DNA of 64,000 nucleotides from Thermoanaerobaculia bacterium (GCA_963666565.1 OY762911.1:3456001-3520000); one strand, 5' to 3'; positions 1-12,091 are shown, counted from the stretch's first letter. Made by a program: numbers and translations. The notes: generated from the sequence alone by a model not told the origin.

Positions 1-396
1 CCCGAGCAGCTCGCCGATCCCGACATGCCGCGGCTCGAGGAGCTGGTCGGCGCGACCCGCGACTTCCTGCACGGCCCCGTGCGGGAGGAGACGACCGGAC
101 GGACCCGCTTCCACGCCCTGGTCGCCGGCAATGCGCTCGACATCGTGCACCGCGACCTGCACTTCGGCGCCGAGCATCGGCGCCGCGAGCACGAACGCCT
201 CCGCCGGCTGCTCGACGCGGACGGCTCGCTGCTGGAACTGCGCTGGAAGCTGGTCCACGCGATCCGCGAGGACCGGATCCCGCTCGACGACACGGAACTC
301 CACGAACACCTGCGCGCAACCGTCGTCAACCAGATCGCCATCGACCAGCCGAAGTACTCGGGCTTCAAGGCTGCCGCGGCCCGACGGGGGCTATAG
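1..396 (+). CDS. 3' end of a DUF6285-like protein (often the C-terminal domain of a phosphotransferase-family protein); probably truncated by window edge
   Basis: Frame is open from base 1. RFHALVAGNALDIV...L...LRATV..Q.AIDQPKYS pattern resembles DUF6285. Confidence 0.6.
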   Translation, partial: PEQLADPDMPRLEELVGATRDFLHGPVREETTGRTRFHALVAGNALDIVHRDLHFGAEHRRREHERLRRLLDADGSLLELRWKLVHAIREDRIPLDDTELHEHLRATVVNQIAIDQPKYSGFKAAAARRGL

Positions 397-421
397 TGAC
401 GGCCGACAAGGAGGATCGACA

Positions 422-1021
422 ATGAAGACTCAGTTCCGCAGGACGGCAGCGGCGGCGATCGGCTTGGCTCTCGTCGCCGGTTCCCTCTCGGCTCAGTGGA
501 CGCGGCGCGAGACCGGGCCCAGAATTCCGCCGGTCGAGAGCGTCGAGAGCATCAACCTGATCCGCACCCTCTCCCATCACCCGCCGCTGATGGAGGCCTG
601 GGGACCGTTCGGGGGTTACATCCTGCGCGGCAGCACTCTGCCCGACCGCGACCGCGAGATGGTCATCCTGCGCACCGCGTGGCTCAACGAGGCGGAGTAC
701 GAATGGGGTCACCACGCGCGCGCAGCCAGGGCCGCCGGAATGACGGACGAGGAGATCCGCAACGTCGCCGTGGGCGAGAACGCCGGTCCGTGGAGCAGCT
801 TCGAGCGCTACCTCCTGCGCGCCGCGACCGAACTCCACCGGCGCTCGGCGATCTCCGAACGGACCTGGGCGTTTCTCAAGGCCCGCTACAGCGACCAGCA
901 GATGATCGACCTGATCTTCACGGTCGGTCAGTACCGAATGGTGTCGATGGCGCTCAGGAGCATCGGCATCGAGCTCGACGAGGGTCTGGAGCCCTTCCCC
1001 GAGGATGTGCCGCGCCGCTAG
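422..1021 (+). CDS. Carboxymuconolactone decarboxylase/AhpD-like family protein with predicted signal peptide
   Basis: RBS AAGGAGG before ATG 422. LPDRDREMVILRTA, YEWGHH and DLIFTVGQY are CMD-family motifs. Hydrophobic N-terminus ends in SLSA. Confidence 0.8.
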   Translation: MKTQFRRTAAAAIGLALVAGSLSAQWTRRETGPRIPPVESVESINLIRTLSHHPPLMEAWGPFGGYILRGSTLPDRDREMVILRTAWLNEAEYEWGHHARAARAAGMTDEEIRNVAVGENAGPWSSFERYLLRAATELHRRSAISERTWAFLKARYSDQQMIDLIFTVGQYRMVSMALRSIGIELDEGLEPFPEDVPRR

Positions 1022-1140
1022 CGCGCCAACCTCCCGCAAGCCATGCGCCCCGCTGATCCCTGCCTCACCGCACCTCGAGTCGGACAACGCTCTCATCAGC
1101 ATTCTGCGCCGCAGGTTGCCGGAAAGAGCAAGGGCCGGAC

Positions 1141-1734
1141 ATGACGAACGCTGGCAGCTATAGGGACGCGCCCTATCTCTTCCATCTGACACACGAGCGG
1201 AACATCCCGGGCATGCTGGCGGAAGGCGCCTTGCTCTCCCATGACAAGGCGTACCGCAACCGCCGTCCTGTCGACGTCTCCGACCCCAAGGTCCAGGCGA
1301 AGCGCGCCGCAAAGGTCGACCCACTCTACGGACGGCCGCTCCACGACTACGTGAATCTCTACTTCAGGGCCAGAGGTCCGATGCTCTCCAAGCGACGCGA
1401 ACTGCGGGCGTTCATCGTTGTGCTCTACGTGGACCGCAGCCTCCTGCACCGCCCCGACGTGATCTTCACCGACGGCAACGCCGCTTCGGCTAGCACCCGG
1501 TTCTTCTCCGACCCGAAGCATCTCGAAGAACTCGACTGGGACTGCCTGAACGCCAAGTACTGGCAGGACTTTCCTGAAGGGAAGCGCAAGCGCGCCGCCG
1601 AAGTCCTCGTACCGCACCGAATCGGTCTGGCCCTCATCGCGAAGGCAGTGGTATGCGAGGATTCCCTCCGCTCCAAGCTCCAGGCGCAGGGCTGGGACAC
1701 GCCCGTGGAGGTACGGCAGGACTGGTTCTTCTGA
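1141..1734 (+). CDS. darT: DarT-type ssDNA ADP-ribosyltransferase toxin (DUF4433)
   Basis: LFHLTHERNI, GALLS, LHDYVNLYF..RGPML, FTDGNAAS and catalytic-type AEVLVP motifs. Confidence 0.88.
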   Translation: MTNAGSYRDAPYLFHLTHERNIPGMLAEGALLSHDKAYRNRRPVDVSDPKVQAKRAAKVDPLYGRPLHDYVNLYFRARGPMLSKRRELRAFIVVLYVDRSLLHRPDVIFTDGNAASASTRFFSDPKHLEELDWDCLNAKYWQDFPEGKRKRAAEVLVPHRIGLALIAKAVVCEDSLRSKLQAQGWDTPVEVRQDWFF

Positions 1735-1735
1735 C

Positions 1736-2494
1736 ATGAAGCACGCGAAGGTCGTCCACGGAAACATCTTCACCAGCGGGCATCAGACGCTGGTAAACCC
1801 GGTGAACTGCGTAGGCGTGATGGGCACTGGCTTGGCCCTGGAGTTCAAGCTCCGCTATCCAGAGATGTTCGACCGCTACGCGACGCTCTGCCGCAGAGGT
1901 CAGATGGAGATCGGCAAGCTTTGGCTGTACACGGATACGAACGCGGCCTTCAAGGGACAGAAGCGCGTGCTCAACTTCCCCACCAAGAAGCACTGGCGTT
2001 GGCCGTCCAGGATGGAGTACCTGGAAGTCGGGCTCCGCAAGTTCATGGAGACGTACCATGAACGCCAGATCACGTCCGCAGCCTTCCCACTCCTGGGCGC
2101 TCAGAACGGCGGTCTGGACGAGGAGGAGGTGCTCGCGCTGATGCGCGACCAGCTCGATCCCTGCGTCGTGCCGGTCGAGATCTACCGCTACGAGCCCACC
2201 GCGAAGGATGAGTGGATCGACCGGCTCCGGCAGCGCTGCCGTGAGTTGGACTCGGCTGACTTGGCAAGAGCGGCGACCGTCACGGCAAAGCGAGCCGACG
2301 CCATCCAGCAAGCGCTCGCACGAAACGGCGTCGCCACCGTAGGGCAGTTGGCTTCCGTCCCGGGTATCGGCGAGAGAACGGTGGCCCGGGTCTTCGGTTG
2401 GCTGCGCCGAACCGAGGAACCTCCGGGGCCCCCTGCCGCGCCGGCGGTACCCGAACAACGATCAATCCCCGGAACCGTCTGTGACTACGACTGA
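1736..2494 (+). CDS. darG: DarG-type macrodomain antitoxin (ADP-ribosylglycohydrolase) with C-terminal helix-hairpin-helix
   Basis: GNIF, LVNPVNCVGVMGTGLALEFK..YP, NFPTKKHW and AFPLLGAQNGGL macrodomain motifs. LASVPGIGERT is an HhH motif. Starts 1 nt after the darT stop. Confidence 0.85.
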   Translation: MKHAKVVHGNIFTSGHQTLVNPVNCVGVMGTGLALEFKLRYPEMFDRYATLCRRGQMEIGKLWLYTDTNAAFKGQKRVLNFPTKKHWRWPSRMEYLEVGLRKFMETYHERQITSAAFPLLGAQNGGLDEEEVLALMRDQLDPCVVPVEIYRYEPTAKDEWIDRLRQRCRELDSADLARAATVTAKRADAIQQALARNGVATVGQLASVPGIGERTVARVFGWLRRTEEPPGPPAAPAVPEQRSIPGTVCDYD

Positions 2495-3074
2495 CGAAGA
2501 GCAAACCGCCGTCTGGAAGACGCTTGAGGACAACAACTCTGACTTCAAGGCCAGCATCTCAGCCATCCTCGCCGCCGAACTTGCCGCAGCGGCAGCGGCC
2601 AGACTCGCTCCTGCGGACTTCGTAGCCACGTTTGCCCCGGCCTACGCCGCCAAGATTGCCGCCGACCCCGTTCTCGCCGCGGACCGCGCCTTTGACGCAA
2701 ATGCCTTCGCCATCCAGTCTCTTGGCAGTATCCCAAGCCAGCATGCAAGGAACGCCGCAGACGCAATTGCCGCCAGCATCGCCGGTACCGCCGCCGCGGG
2801 GACGGCGGTAGGGGACGTCCTCGGCGTACCTTACTTCGCTCGAATCGCCGAAGCCGTAATCCGAAAGGAGGCCGAATCGGACTGGCGCGGGTCAGTCGAG
2901 AAGCACATGCTCGGCAAGTCCGACGACGCTGGCTTAGTGGTCTACTCTGCCTACGCAAACGCGATATCCCCCGCCATCGCCGCAGCGGCCCCCGCAATCG
3001 CCGCCAAGATTGCCGGAATCGCTGCCGCCCAATGGAACGTAGTCATCAACCGCACGGGGATAGCAAGACCCTGA
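2481..3074 (+). CDS. Ala-rich hypothetical protein overlapping darG
   Basis: 197-aa ORF with GTG start, overlapping the darG end by 14 nt. No recognisable motif. Confidence 0.5.
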   Translation: MTTTDEEQTAVWKTLEDNNSDFKASISAILAAELAAAAAARLAPADFVATFAPAYAAKIAADPVLAADRAFDANAFAIQSLGSIPSQHARNAADAIAASIAGTAAAGTAVGDVLGVPYFARIAEAVIRKEAESDWRGSVEKHMLGKSDDAGLVVYSAYANAISPAIAAAAPAIAAKIAGIAAAQWNVVINRTGIARP

Positions 3075-3180
3075 AGAACTGGCTGCGATCTCTACCTTGA
3101 GTCAGATTGCAGAGGGCACACCAGTCGCTGAACCATCGCCGCCTCGCGGTGGCCCGCTCCCTGGCGCAACGACGTTTAGG

Positions 3181-4104
3181 CTAGCTCCTGCCGGAAAGGT
3201 GTTCGCGAACTTCGGCGAGTCGTCTGATCGACCGGAGTACCCGCGCCGGGTCCTGGACCAGGTGCCGCACGACGACTTCGTCGTAGCCCGCCTCGCCCAG
3301 CTCGGCGAACGCGGCGGCGACGCGTTCCGTATCGCCAAGCATCAGCGCCTCGCGGGGGAAGCCCCGATAGCCGCGCGAGATGACGCCCGCCGCCGCGGCC
3401 TCGGCCTCGGCGGCCGACTCGCCCACGTAGATGTCGCGCCGGATCGCGCAGACGCCGGCCGGGCGGCCGTGGCGTTCGCAGGCCTCCCGGTAGAGGGCGA
3501 GTTGCTCCGTTGCCTCCGCCGACGCCAGGCCCGGCGCCGCCAGCCAGCCGTCGCCCAGGCGCGCGGCGCGGTCGATCGCCGGCGGCGCGGAGGCGCCGAT
3601 CCAGACCTCGACCGGTTCCGGCGGGCGGGGCGAGACGCGGGCCTCCGTCAGCCCGAAACGGTCCTTCTCGCCGCCGGTCGTCACGGTCTCGCCTGCCCAC
3701 AGCCGGCGCAGGATGGAGAGCGACTGCTCGAACCGGGACGGGCGCTCGCGCGGCGACACGCCCATCGCCGCGAACTGGTTGTCCGCCGGTCCGATGGCGC
3801 ACTGGAGGATGAACCGGCCCTCCATCACGCTGGCCAGCGTCCCCACCTGCTCGGCGACGATCAGCGGATGCCAGAGCGGAAGCAGGTAGAGCGCGCCCGC
3901 CGGGCGGTCGCCCCATTCGGCCAGCATCCGGCCCAGGATCGCCGTGTTCTGGTAGTACGGCAGGGGGGTCGCGTGGTGGTCGCCGACGAAGAGCGCGTCG
4001 AGGCCGGCGTCGCGGGCCGCGCGGGCGCGGTCGATCATCCTCCGCGCCCCCTCGCGGGGATCGTCCACGTTGTATGCGCTCTGGACGGAGATGCTCACTC
4101 GCAT
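3181..4104 (-). CDS. LLM-class flavin-dependent oxidoreductase
   Basis: LFVGDHH, PLWHPLIVAEQVGTL, VWIGASAPPAIDRAARLGDGW. GGAGG RBS before ATG 4104. Confidence 0.88.
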   Translation of the reverse strand: MRVSISVQSAYNVDDPREGARRMIDRARAARDAGLDALFVGDHHATPLPYYQNTAILGRMLAEWGDRPAGALYLLPLWHPLIVAEQVGTLASVMEGRFILQCAIGPADNQFAAMGVSPRERPSRFEQSLSILRRLWAGETVTTGGEKDRFGLTEARVSPRPPEPVEVWIGASAPPAIDRAARLGDGWLAAPGLASAEATEQLALYREACERHGRPAGVCAIRRDIYVGESAAEAEAAAAGVISRGYRGFPREALMLGDTERVAAAFAELGEAGYDEVVVRHLVQDPARVLRSIRRLAEVREHLSGRS

Positions 4105-4262
4105 GGCTGGTCCTCCCGGATCAATGTACAGCAGCGCGCGGGCTGCTACGATTCGCGCCGCACCCACAACGCCCGGACCGGGCGCGGCAGCAGGTGCCGC
4201 GGGCACGCCGGAAGGCCGGCGCACCCGGTCCCGGCCGCGCAAACCACCCAGGAACCCACAAG

Positions 4263-4544
4263 ATGCCCGAACTGATTCTCGCCGCCTACGTCTACCCCGC
4301 CGGAGCCCTGATCGCCGGCGTCCTCGGCGCCGCCGCCGGCGCCCTGGTCGTCGTCATCATCGCCGAAGGCGCCAGCACGGAACCCGTCCCCCGACGGATG
4401 ATCCCGATCTGGATGTGGCTGGTCTTCTGGATTCCGGTCGGCCTGATCCTGATGCTCACCGACATGCCGGGCTGGCTGCGGACGCTGCTGTTCCTGATTC
4501 CGCTGGGGCTGACCATCGGACTCTTCAACCGCCGCGCCGCCTGA
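4263..4544 (+). CDS. Small membrane protein (about 3 TM)
   Basis: Three hydrophobic stretches and GC-typical codon usage. Confidence 0.6.
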   Translation: MPELILAAYVYPAGALIAGVLGAAAGALVVVIIAEGASTEPVPRRMIPIWMWLVFWIPVGLILMLTDMPGWLRTLLFLIPLGLTIGLFNRRAA

Positions 4545-4548
4545 CCCG

Positions 4549-5346
4549 GTGCCGTCCGCGACCGCAGCCGACGGCGCGCGGATCCGCTACCGGCTGGAAG
4601 GCAGCGGGCCGCTCGTCGTCTTCACGCACGGGCTGGGCGGTCACCTGGACTACTGGGCGCCCACGGTAGAAACGCTACGGGACCGCTACACGGTTCTGAC
4701 CTGGGACGTCAGGGGATTCGGCGGCTCGGAACGGCGCCCCGACACGATGGCGCCGGAGACCTGGGCAGCCGATCTTGCCGCCGTGCTCGACGAGGTCGGC
4801 ACCGACGACGCCGTGATCGCCGGTTTCTCCATGGGCGGCGTCGTCTCGCAACGGTTCGCGCTGGACTTCCCTGCTCGCACGCGGGCGCTGATTCTGATCA
4901 GCACCTCGAGCGAAGTGAACGAACGCGCCGAAGCCGGCTGGAACGCCCGCGCCGACCTGGTCGAGCGAGACGGCTTGGCCAAGGCCTTCGCGCCGACCGA
5001 ACCCGCCTTCTCCTATGGCAAGGAGTACCGGGAACGCCATGCCGAGGAAATCGCCGAGGCCGCGCGTCTCACCATCGAACGGAACGACGCCGCCTCCTAC
5101 GCAGCCGCCTGCCGCGCGGTCTCGAACATCGACTACACAGCGGATCTGGAGACCCTCACCTTCCCCACCCTGATCCTTCAGGGCCTCGAGGACGCCCTCA
5201 CCCCACCCGGCGGCAGCGTCATCATGTCCCGCCGGATCCAGGGCGCCCGCCTGGTCATGCTCGAGAACTGCGGCCACTGGATCCCCACCGAACGCCCCGA
5301 CGAGTTCCACGCCGAGGTCGAGACGTTCCTGGGCGCGCTGGCGTAG
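4549..5346 (+). CDS. Alpha/beta hydrolase (PcaD/enol-lactonase-like)
   Basis: HGLGG oxyanion motif, GFSMGG nucleophile elbow, terminal CGH. Confidence 0.88.
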   Translation: MPSATAADGARIRYRLEGSGPLVVFTHGLGGHLDYWAPTVETLRDRYTVLTWDVRGFGGSERRPDTMAPETWAADLAAVLDEVGTDDAVIAGFSMGGVVSQRFALDFPARTRALILISTSSEVNERAEAGWNARADLVERDGLAKAFAPTEPAFSYGKEYRERHAEEIAEAARLTIERNDAASYAAACRAVSNIDYTADLETLTFPTLILQGLEDALTPPGGSVIMSRRIQGARLVMLENCGHWIPTERPDEFHAEVETFLGALA

Positions 5347-5487
5347 CTGCTGCGGAGAGGCGGAGGCGGTACCCGCCTGCCTGGTCGGGACTCCGGGGGA
5401 TGGGTTCCAACCAGGCGGGTGCCCCGACGACCTCCGCTAACATCGAGCACTGACGTCTCGAACAGACCCGGCAGGAGGAATCGGAAA

Positions 5488-6492
5488 ATGGGAACGCACA
5501 CCCGGAAGTTCCGCGCGCATGGCCTCGCTCTGACGGCCGTTCTGGCTGCCGCCGTGGCCTCGGCGCCCGCTCTGGCGGCTGGAGACTTGCTGGATGTCGA
5601 GGGCTACCCGACCCTGGTCCGCAAGCCGGTCGAGATCTGGAGCGACGGCACCCGGCTGGCCGGCGATGTCTTCTACCCGAAGGCGACCGCCGAGGGCGAG
5701 AAGTTGCCGGCGATCGTGCTCTGTCACGGCTGGGGCGGCACGAAGGCGCACCTGAACCGCGGGATCGCGCCGCGTTTCGCCGCCGCCGGCTATCTGGTCC
5801 TCGCCTTCGACTACCGCGGCTGGGGCGAAAGCGATTCGCGCCTCGTCGTCCGCGGCGAGATGCCGAAGCCCGACGACGACGGCTACGTGACGGTGAAAGC
5901 GCAGGCGATCCGGCAGCTCGTCGATCCGCTCGACCAGCAGGAGGACATCGATGCCGCGATCTCGTTCGTCGAGGGCGAACCGCACGCGGACGCCTCGCGA
6001 ATCGGTATCTGGGGCTCCAGCTTCGGCGGCGGCCACGTCATCTGGCGAGCGGCCCACGACCGTCGCGTCAAGGCGGTCGCCGCCCAGGTCGGCGCGATGG
6101 ACCAGCGGGCCGGGCTGGTGGCGGCGCCGGGCGGTCTCAAGGGCTTCCACCGGACGGCGATCCAGCGCGCCCGCGGCGAGATCGAGCCGGTACCGGTCGG
6201 CGCCGCGCAGCCCGAAGGCCTGACCGGCAGCCCGTACTACGAGCGCTTCGCGAAGTTCTCACCCGTGGAGGACGCGCACCTCATCACGGCGCCCACGATC
6301 ATCATCGACGCGGAGCAGGAGCACTACTTCGACATCCGGGAACACGGCCAGCGGGTCTTCAAGATCCTCTCCGGCCGCGTCCCGGTCGAGTACCACGCCT
6401 GGGACATGAGCCACTACGACATCTACGGCGGCGACTGGCTCGACAAGGCGATGGCGGCCGAGATCGACTTCTTCGACCGGCACCTGAAGTAG
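5488..6492 (+). CDS. Secreted alpha/beta hydrolase (S9/S15-like, YcjY/FrsA-like)
   Basis: Signal peptide ending in ALA. CHGWGG, FDYRGWGES, GSSFGGG, HYDIY. Confidence 0.8.
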   Translation: MGTHTRKFRAHGLALTAVLAAAVASAPALAAGDLLDVEGYPTLVRKPVEIWSDGTRLAGDVFYPKATAEGEKLPAIVLCHGWGGTKAHLNRGIAPRFAAAGYLVLAFDYRGWGESDSRLVVRGEMPKPDDDGYVTVKAQAIRQLVDPLDQQEDIDAAISFVEGEPHADASRIGIWGSSFGGGHVIWRAAHDRRVKAVAAQVGAMDQRAGLVAAPGGLKGFHRTAIQRARGEIEPVPVGAAQPEGLTGSPYYERFAKFSPVEDAHLITAPTIIIDAEQEHYFDIREHGQRVFKILSGRVPVEYHAWDMSHYDIYGGDWLDKAMAAEIDFFDRHLK

Positions 6493-6514
6493 CGGCGGCC
6501 TGGCGGCCGCGCGG

Positions 6515-7282
6515 TCAGCCGGCGCCTTCCCGGACCGTGGCGAGGATGATCGAGATGTTGTCCCGGCCGCCGTCGTCCATGGCGAGATCGAACAGCCCGG
6601 TCGCCGCGGCGGCGCCAGTTTCGGCCGCCGCCAGGACCTCCTCGATCCGGCGAACGTCGAGGTGATCCGTCAGTCCGTCGCTGCAGAGCAGGTACCGCCA
6701 TCCGGCGTTCAGTTCTTCGCGGCCCACGTGAGGGCTCACGTCCACGAAGCTCGACCAGCCGCCCAGGGCCTGCGTGATGCGGCCCGATCGCGGCGCCTCG
6801 GGCGGCACGTCGTCGATGCTCAACTGCCTCGCGAACCCGTCACGGTAGCGGTAGATCCGGCTGTCCCCCACGTTGAACCAGCGGATGCCCCCGGACGCGA
6901 AGAGCATGCCGGCCACCGTGGTCCCCATCGCGCGTCTCCCGGGCGGTTCCGCCGCCGCCTCGTACACCGCCCGGTTCACGTCCCGGATCGCCTTCGCCGT
7001 CCCGGTGCCGAGTTCGTCGTCCTCCTCACCGATGCGCTCCGCCAGCAGGCGGGCGGCGAGCGCGCTCGCCTCCTGGCCCGCGGCGTGGCCTCCCATGCCG
7101 TCCGCCACCAAGCACAGGACCGGCTCACGAAGGGAGCGCTCGACCGACCGGGGCGCCTCCATTTCCTCGGCGCCGGCCCGGAAGTCCCCGACGACGATCG
7201 TGTCCTCGTTCCGCTCGCGGACCTTGCCCCGGTGGGTCCAGGCCGTCGCCTCCAGCGTGAACCGCCCGGCCGCGTCAGCCAA
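6515..7282 (-). CDS. PP2C/PPM-family Ser/Thr phosphatase
   Basis: GKVRERNED, VADGMGGH, MGTT, NVGDSRIY, LLCSDGL, GGRDNISII. Probable TTG start overlaps the FHA gene stop. Confidence 0.93.
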   Translation of the reverse strand: MADAAGRFTLEATAWTHRGKVRERNEDTIVVGDFRAGAEEMEAPRSVERSLREPVLCLVADGMGGHAAGQEASALAARLLAERIGEEDDELGTGTAKAIRDVNRAVYEAAAEPPGRRAMGTTVAGMLFASGGIRWFNVGDSRIYRYRDGFARQLSIDDVPPEAPRSGRITQALGGWSSFVDVSPHVGREELNAGWRYLLCSDGLTDHLDVRRIEEVLAAAETGAAAATGLFDLAMDDGGRDNISIILATVREGAG

Positions 7283-7856
7283 GCCGCACCACCGCGCCGG
7301 CATGGCGGGAGAAGCCGATCTCGTCGTCCTCCGCCAGGCGCCTGGACTCCCCCACGTCGCCGATCGCCGTGCCGTTGAGGTACGTCGGGTTCGTTCGGCT
7401 CAGATGGCGCACCGTCAGGAAACCCTCGCCGTCCAGAAAGAACTCCGCGTGCCGCCGGGACACGTACATGTTGCCGCTCAACTCCCGGGCGTGGCGGCAG
7501 AACTCCGGATCCCGTCCGATCCCCACCGTTTCGCCCGGACCCACCACGACGTCCCCCCATTCGAATGAGAGGGTGGCACGGGGACCCGCCCCGCCCGGCT
7601 CCATCGTCGTCGCCGCCACGCCGGCATCGGCCTGGGCCGCCACGCCGGCGCCGGCCGGCGGCGGCGGCACCGCTGCCGCGGCCGGTTCGCTCCGGTCCTC
7701 CCGCACGGGAGGGCCGCCGTCCTCGGCGCCCGCTGCGGGAGGAGGCGGGCCGGTCGTCTTCGCCGCTCCCGTGAGCGGCGTATGGCATTCGACGCAGAAC
7801 AGCTCGTGCAGGTCGTTGCCGGCGCCGCAGGCGGGACACTGGATCATTCGCGCCAT
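7275..7856 (-). CDS. Zinc-ribbon + FHA domain protein
   Basis: CPACG...FCVEC zinc ribbon and Pro/Ala linker, then FHA motifs IGRD, VSRRHA, SRTNPTYLNG. Confidence 0.9.
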   Translation of the reverse strand: MARMIQCPACGAGNDLHELFCVECHTPLTGAAKTTGPPPPAAGAEDGGPPVREDRSEPAAAAVPPPPAGAGVAAQADAGVAATTMEPGGAGPRATLSFEWGDVVVGPGETVGIGRDPEFCRHARELSGNMYVSRRHAEFFLDGEGFLTVRHLSRTNPTYLNGTAIGDVGESRRLAEDDEIGFSRHAGAVVRLG

Positions 7857-8496
7857 GAAGCACCCTTCAGAACGACCCCTCTCGCCGCCAGGTTCGCCTC
7901 GAGCCGCTCCAGGTCGCCGCCCGCCGGGATGCCGACCAGGGTCACGTCGCCTCGTCCCACCTCGACCTGGAGACGATCCCGTCCGGCGGGCCCCTCCCGG
8001 CCGAAGCGCCGGTAAAGCTCCCTGCCCCGCTCGCTCAGCCCGACGAGCTTCTGGTTCGCCGACCCCAGCCAGCGGGACTCGCCGCTCAGGCTGGCCACGA
8101 ACGGTTCGGCGATCAGGCCGTCGAGGCCCGCCAGCACGGCCGGAAAGTCGGCGCGCAGGCGGCGCAGGCCGAAGCCGCTGTAGCAGAGGATGTCGAACCA
8201 GCCCTCCGGACGCTCGCTCCGCCACGACCGAAGACTCTCCACGAAGGCCGCCAGCGCGTCCGGCTGCTCGAAGGGCTCGCCGCCGCTGATCGTCACGCCG
8301 TCGAACCCTCCCGAACCGGCGGCCCGGCACCACTCGACCAGTTCGTCGACCTCCACGGACCGGCCCCCTTCGGGGTCCCATGTGTCCCGGGACGAGCAAC
8401 CCGGGCAGCCGATGGAGCAGCCCTGGAACCAGACGCCGATCCTCCGGCCGGGGCCGAGCGTGGTCACCGGAAACCGGGCGTCGTTCAGCCGCACCC

Positions 8497-8500
<4 letters not shown>
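7844..8500 (-). CDS. NrdG-like radical SAM (4Fe-4S single-cluster) protein
   Basis: LGPGRR.GVWFQGCSIGCPGC (CxxxCxxC), GVTISGGEPFEQ, YSGF, GSANQ. ATGA overlap with the AAA gene. Confidence 0.9.
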
Positions 8501-10484
<1,984 letters not shown>

Positions 10485-10488
<4 letters not shown>

Positions 10489-11855
10489 CGGGCGGCCTCC
10501 CGGACCTCGGCTTTGCGACGCCGGGGCCGCTGCGCGCGGGCGGGCGCCGCGGCTTCCTTCCGGGCTCCCTCACCCTCGTGGACCTTCAGCCGGCTGACGC
10601 CGACCGGGAAGCGCTTCCCCACCTTGAGGCGGACGCCCCGCCCGGCCATGGCCCGGCGAAACTCCCCGAAGTCCCGGCACCAGGCACTCTCCAGGTCCCG
10701 GTCCCGGCGCACGTCCTTGCCGGCCTTCTGCCGGCCGGAAGCCGCGACGCGGACCGGCTCGACATCGATGGCGTTTCCATCGACGTCGACGACGACGCCG
10801 AGTTCTTCTTCGTCCGTCTTCCTCAGGATCGTCCGTCCGCCGTCGGAGAAGATCGAGTCGAAACCATCTTCGACGGCATATCCCAGGCGCTCGAGTTCCT
10901 CCCGCATCACCATGCCGACATACCGCTGGTCGTCCCGCTCCCTGCCGCTCCGGACGACTGCTTCGACGCGATCCGCAATGCCGTCGTCGAGCGCGGCCCG
11001 GCGCCGTTCGACGCGATCGAGTTCGGCCGAGATCGCCTCCACCTCTTCGCCGCGGAAACCGCGGATCCGCTCCCTGAGATCCTCCACCGCATCGGCCAGG
11101 TGCCGGTCCGCTTCGACCTTGGCCTCCTCGACCCGGTCGTTCGCTCGCTGGACCCCCAACCGGAGCTCCAGCAGCATCCTTCCGGCTCGCGCCGGACGTC
11201 CTTCACGTTCTTCGGCGCCGATGCGGGCGGCCAGTTCCTCCAGGCCGCTCCGGTCCGCGGCGGGAACCTCGGCCGACAGACGGTCGACCAGCCGCCGCGC
11301 ATCCCGCGCCGCCGCATCCGCGGGCGCCTCCGCGGTCTCCGCCGGGCCCGACGGGCCGTCCTCCGGGCGCGGCATGCCCTCCATGCCGGACAGTTCGGAT
11401 TCGGAGAACCCCTCGGCTACCGAGGGTTCCGCCGGGCCAGCCTCCGAGGTTCCCAGCGGACGGGCCTCAAGTCCGCCGAGAAGAAACGACCTGGCCTCAT
11501 CCTGTTGGCGCCGGCGCCCTTCCATCTTCCGGCGGTGCCGCTTCAGGCGCCCTTCCATGGTCAGGCAATGGCGCCGCAGGCGCCTCACATAGCGCTGGAC
11601 CGGCCTCGGGCTCCTCGCGTCAACGGGTCGCACGGGGGGCCGTCCCCACTCTGCCATCCCGTCCCGGTACTCCGCGTACGCGCTGCGGCTCTCCGAGTAC
11701 TCCGCCTCCAGCCGAGCCTGGCGGCTCTCCAGTTCGTCGGCTTCCCCCCAAGCCGCAGCCAAGGCTCGCTCGCGCCTTAGCCGCTCCTGCTCCGCCAGGT
11801 ATGCCAAGTACTCCGGGCTCGGCTCATTGTCCCACCATCCGTGCTCTTTGCTCAC
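10485..11855 (-). CDS. Coiled-coil hypothetical protein, copy 1 (C-terminal LGYxVExGF...ExxWC domain)
   Basis: GTG start VSKEHGWW matches the paralog start at 15880. E/R/A-rich helices. ATGA overlap with the AAA gene. Confidence 0.8.
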
Positions 11856-11921
11856 ATGAACACCACGTCTGTTTCGGCGAAGACAGCGAAGCGGCACGAC
11901 CGCGTCACGATCCGGCCCGAC

Positions 11922-11927
11922 TATACT
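11922..11927 (+). promoter_or_regulatory. Putative -10 box TATACT upstream of kinase 1
   Basis: TATACT is retained at the equivalent place (15944) in the otherwise diverged duplicate intergenic region. Confidence 0.5.
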
Positions 11928-12091
11928 CGCCCTTCCGCGATACCCGTTTCCGTGAAGGAGAGTCCGACCATGGCGCCGATACACCGCATCGCGGCCTGGA
12001 ACCCGGCGAAAAGCCCATGTCGGCTCGTCAGTCTCGGGCGAAGGGTCTCCCCCGCCGCGCCGGGATCGCGGCTCGAGAGAAGGCCCTCCGG

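Noticed and set aside
1018-3184. CTAG at both ends of the darTG islet as a target-site duplication
   Set aside because: Both are simply the TAG stop codons of the flanking genes; no transposase, integrase or terminal inverted repeats were seen.
5360-5420. GC-rich hairpin after the alpha/beta hydrolase as a terminator or ncRNA
   Set aside because: No U-tract and no recognisable family; too weak to call.
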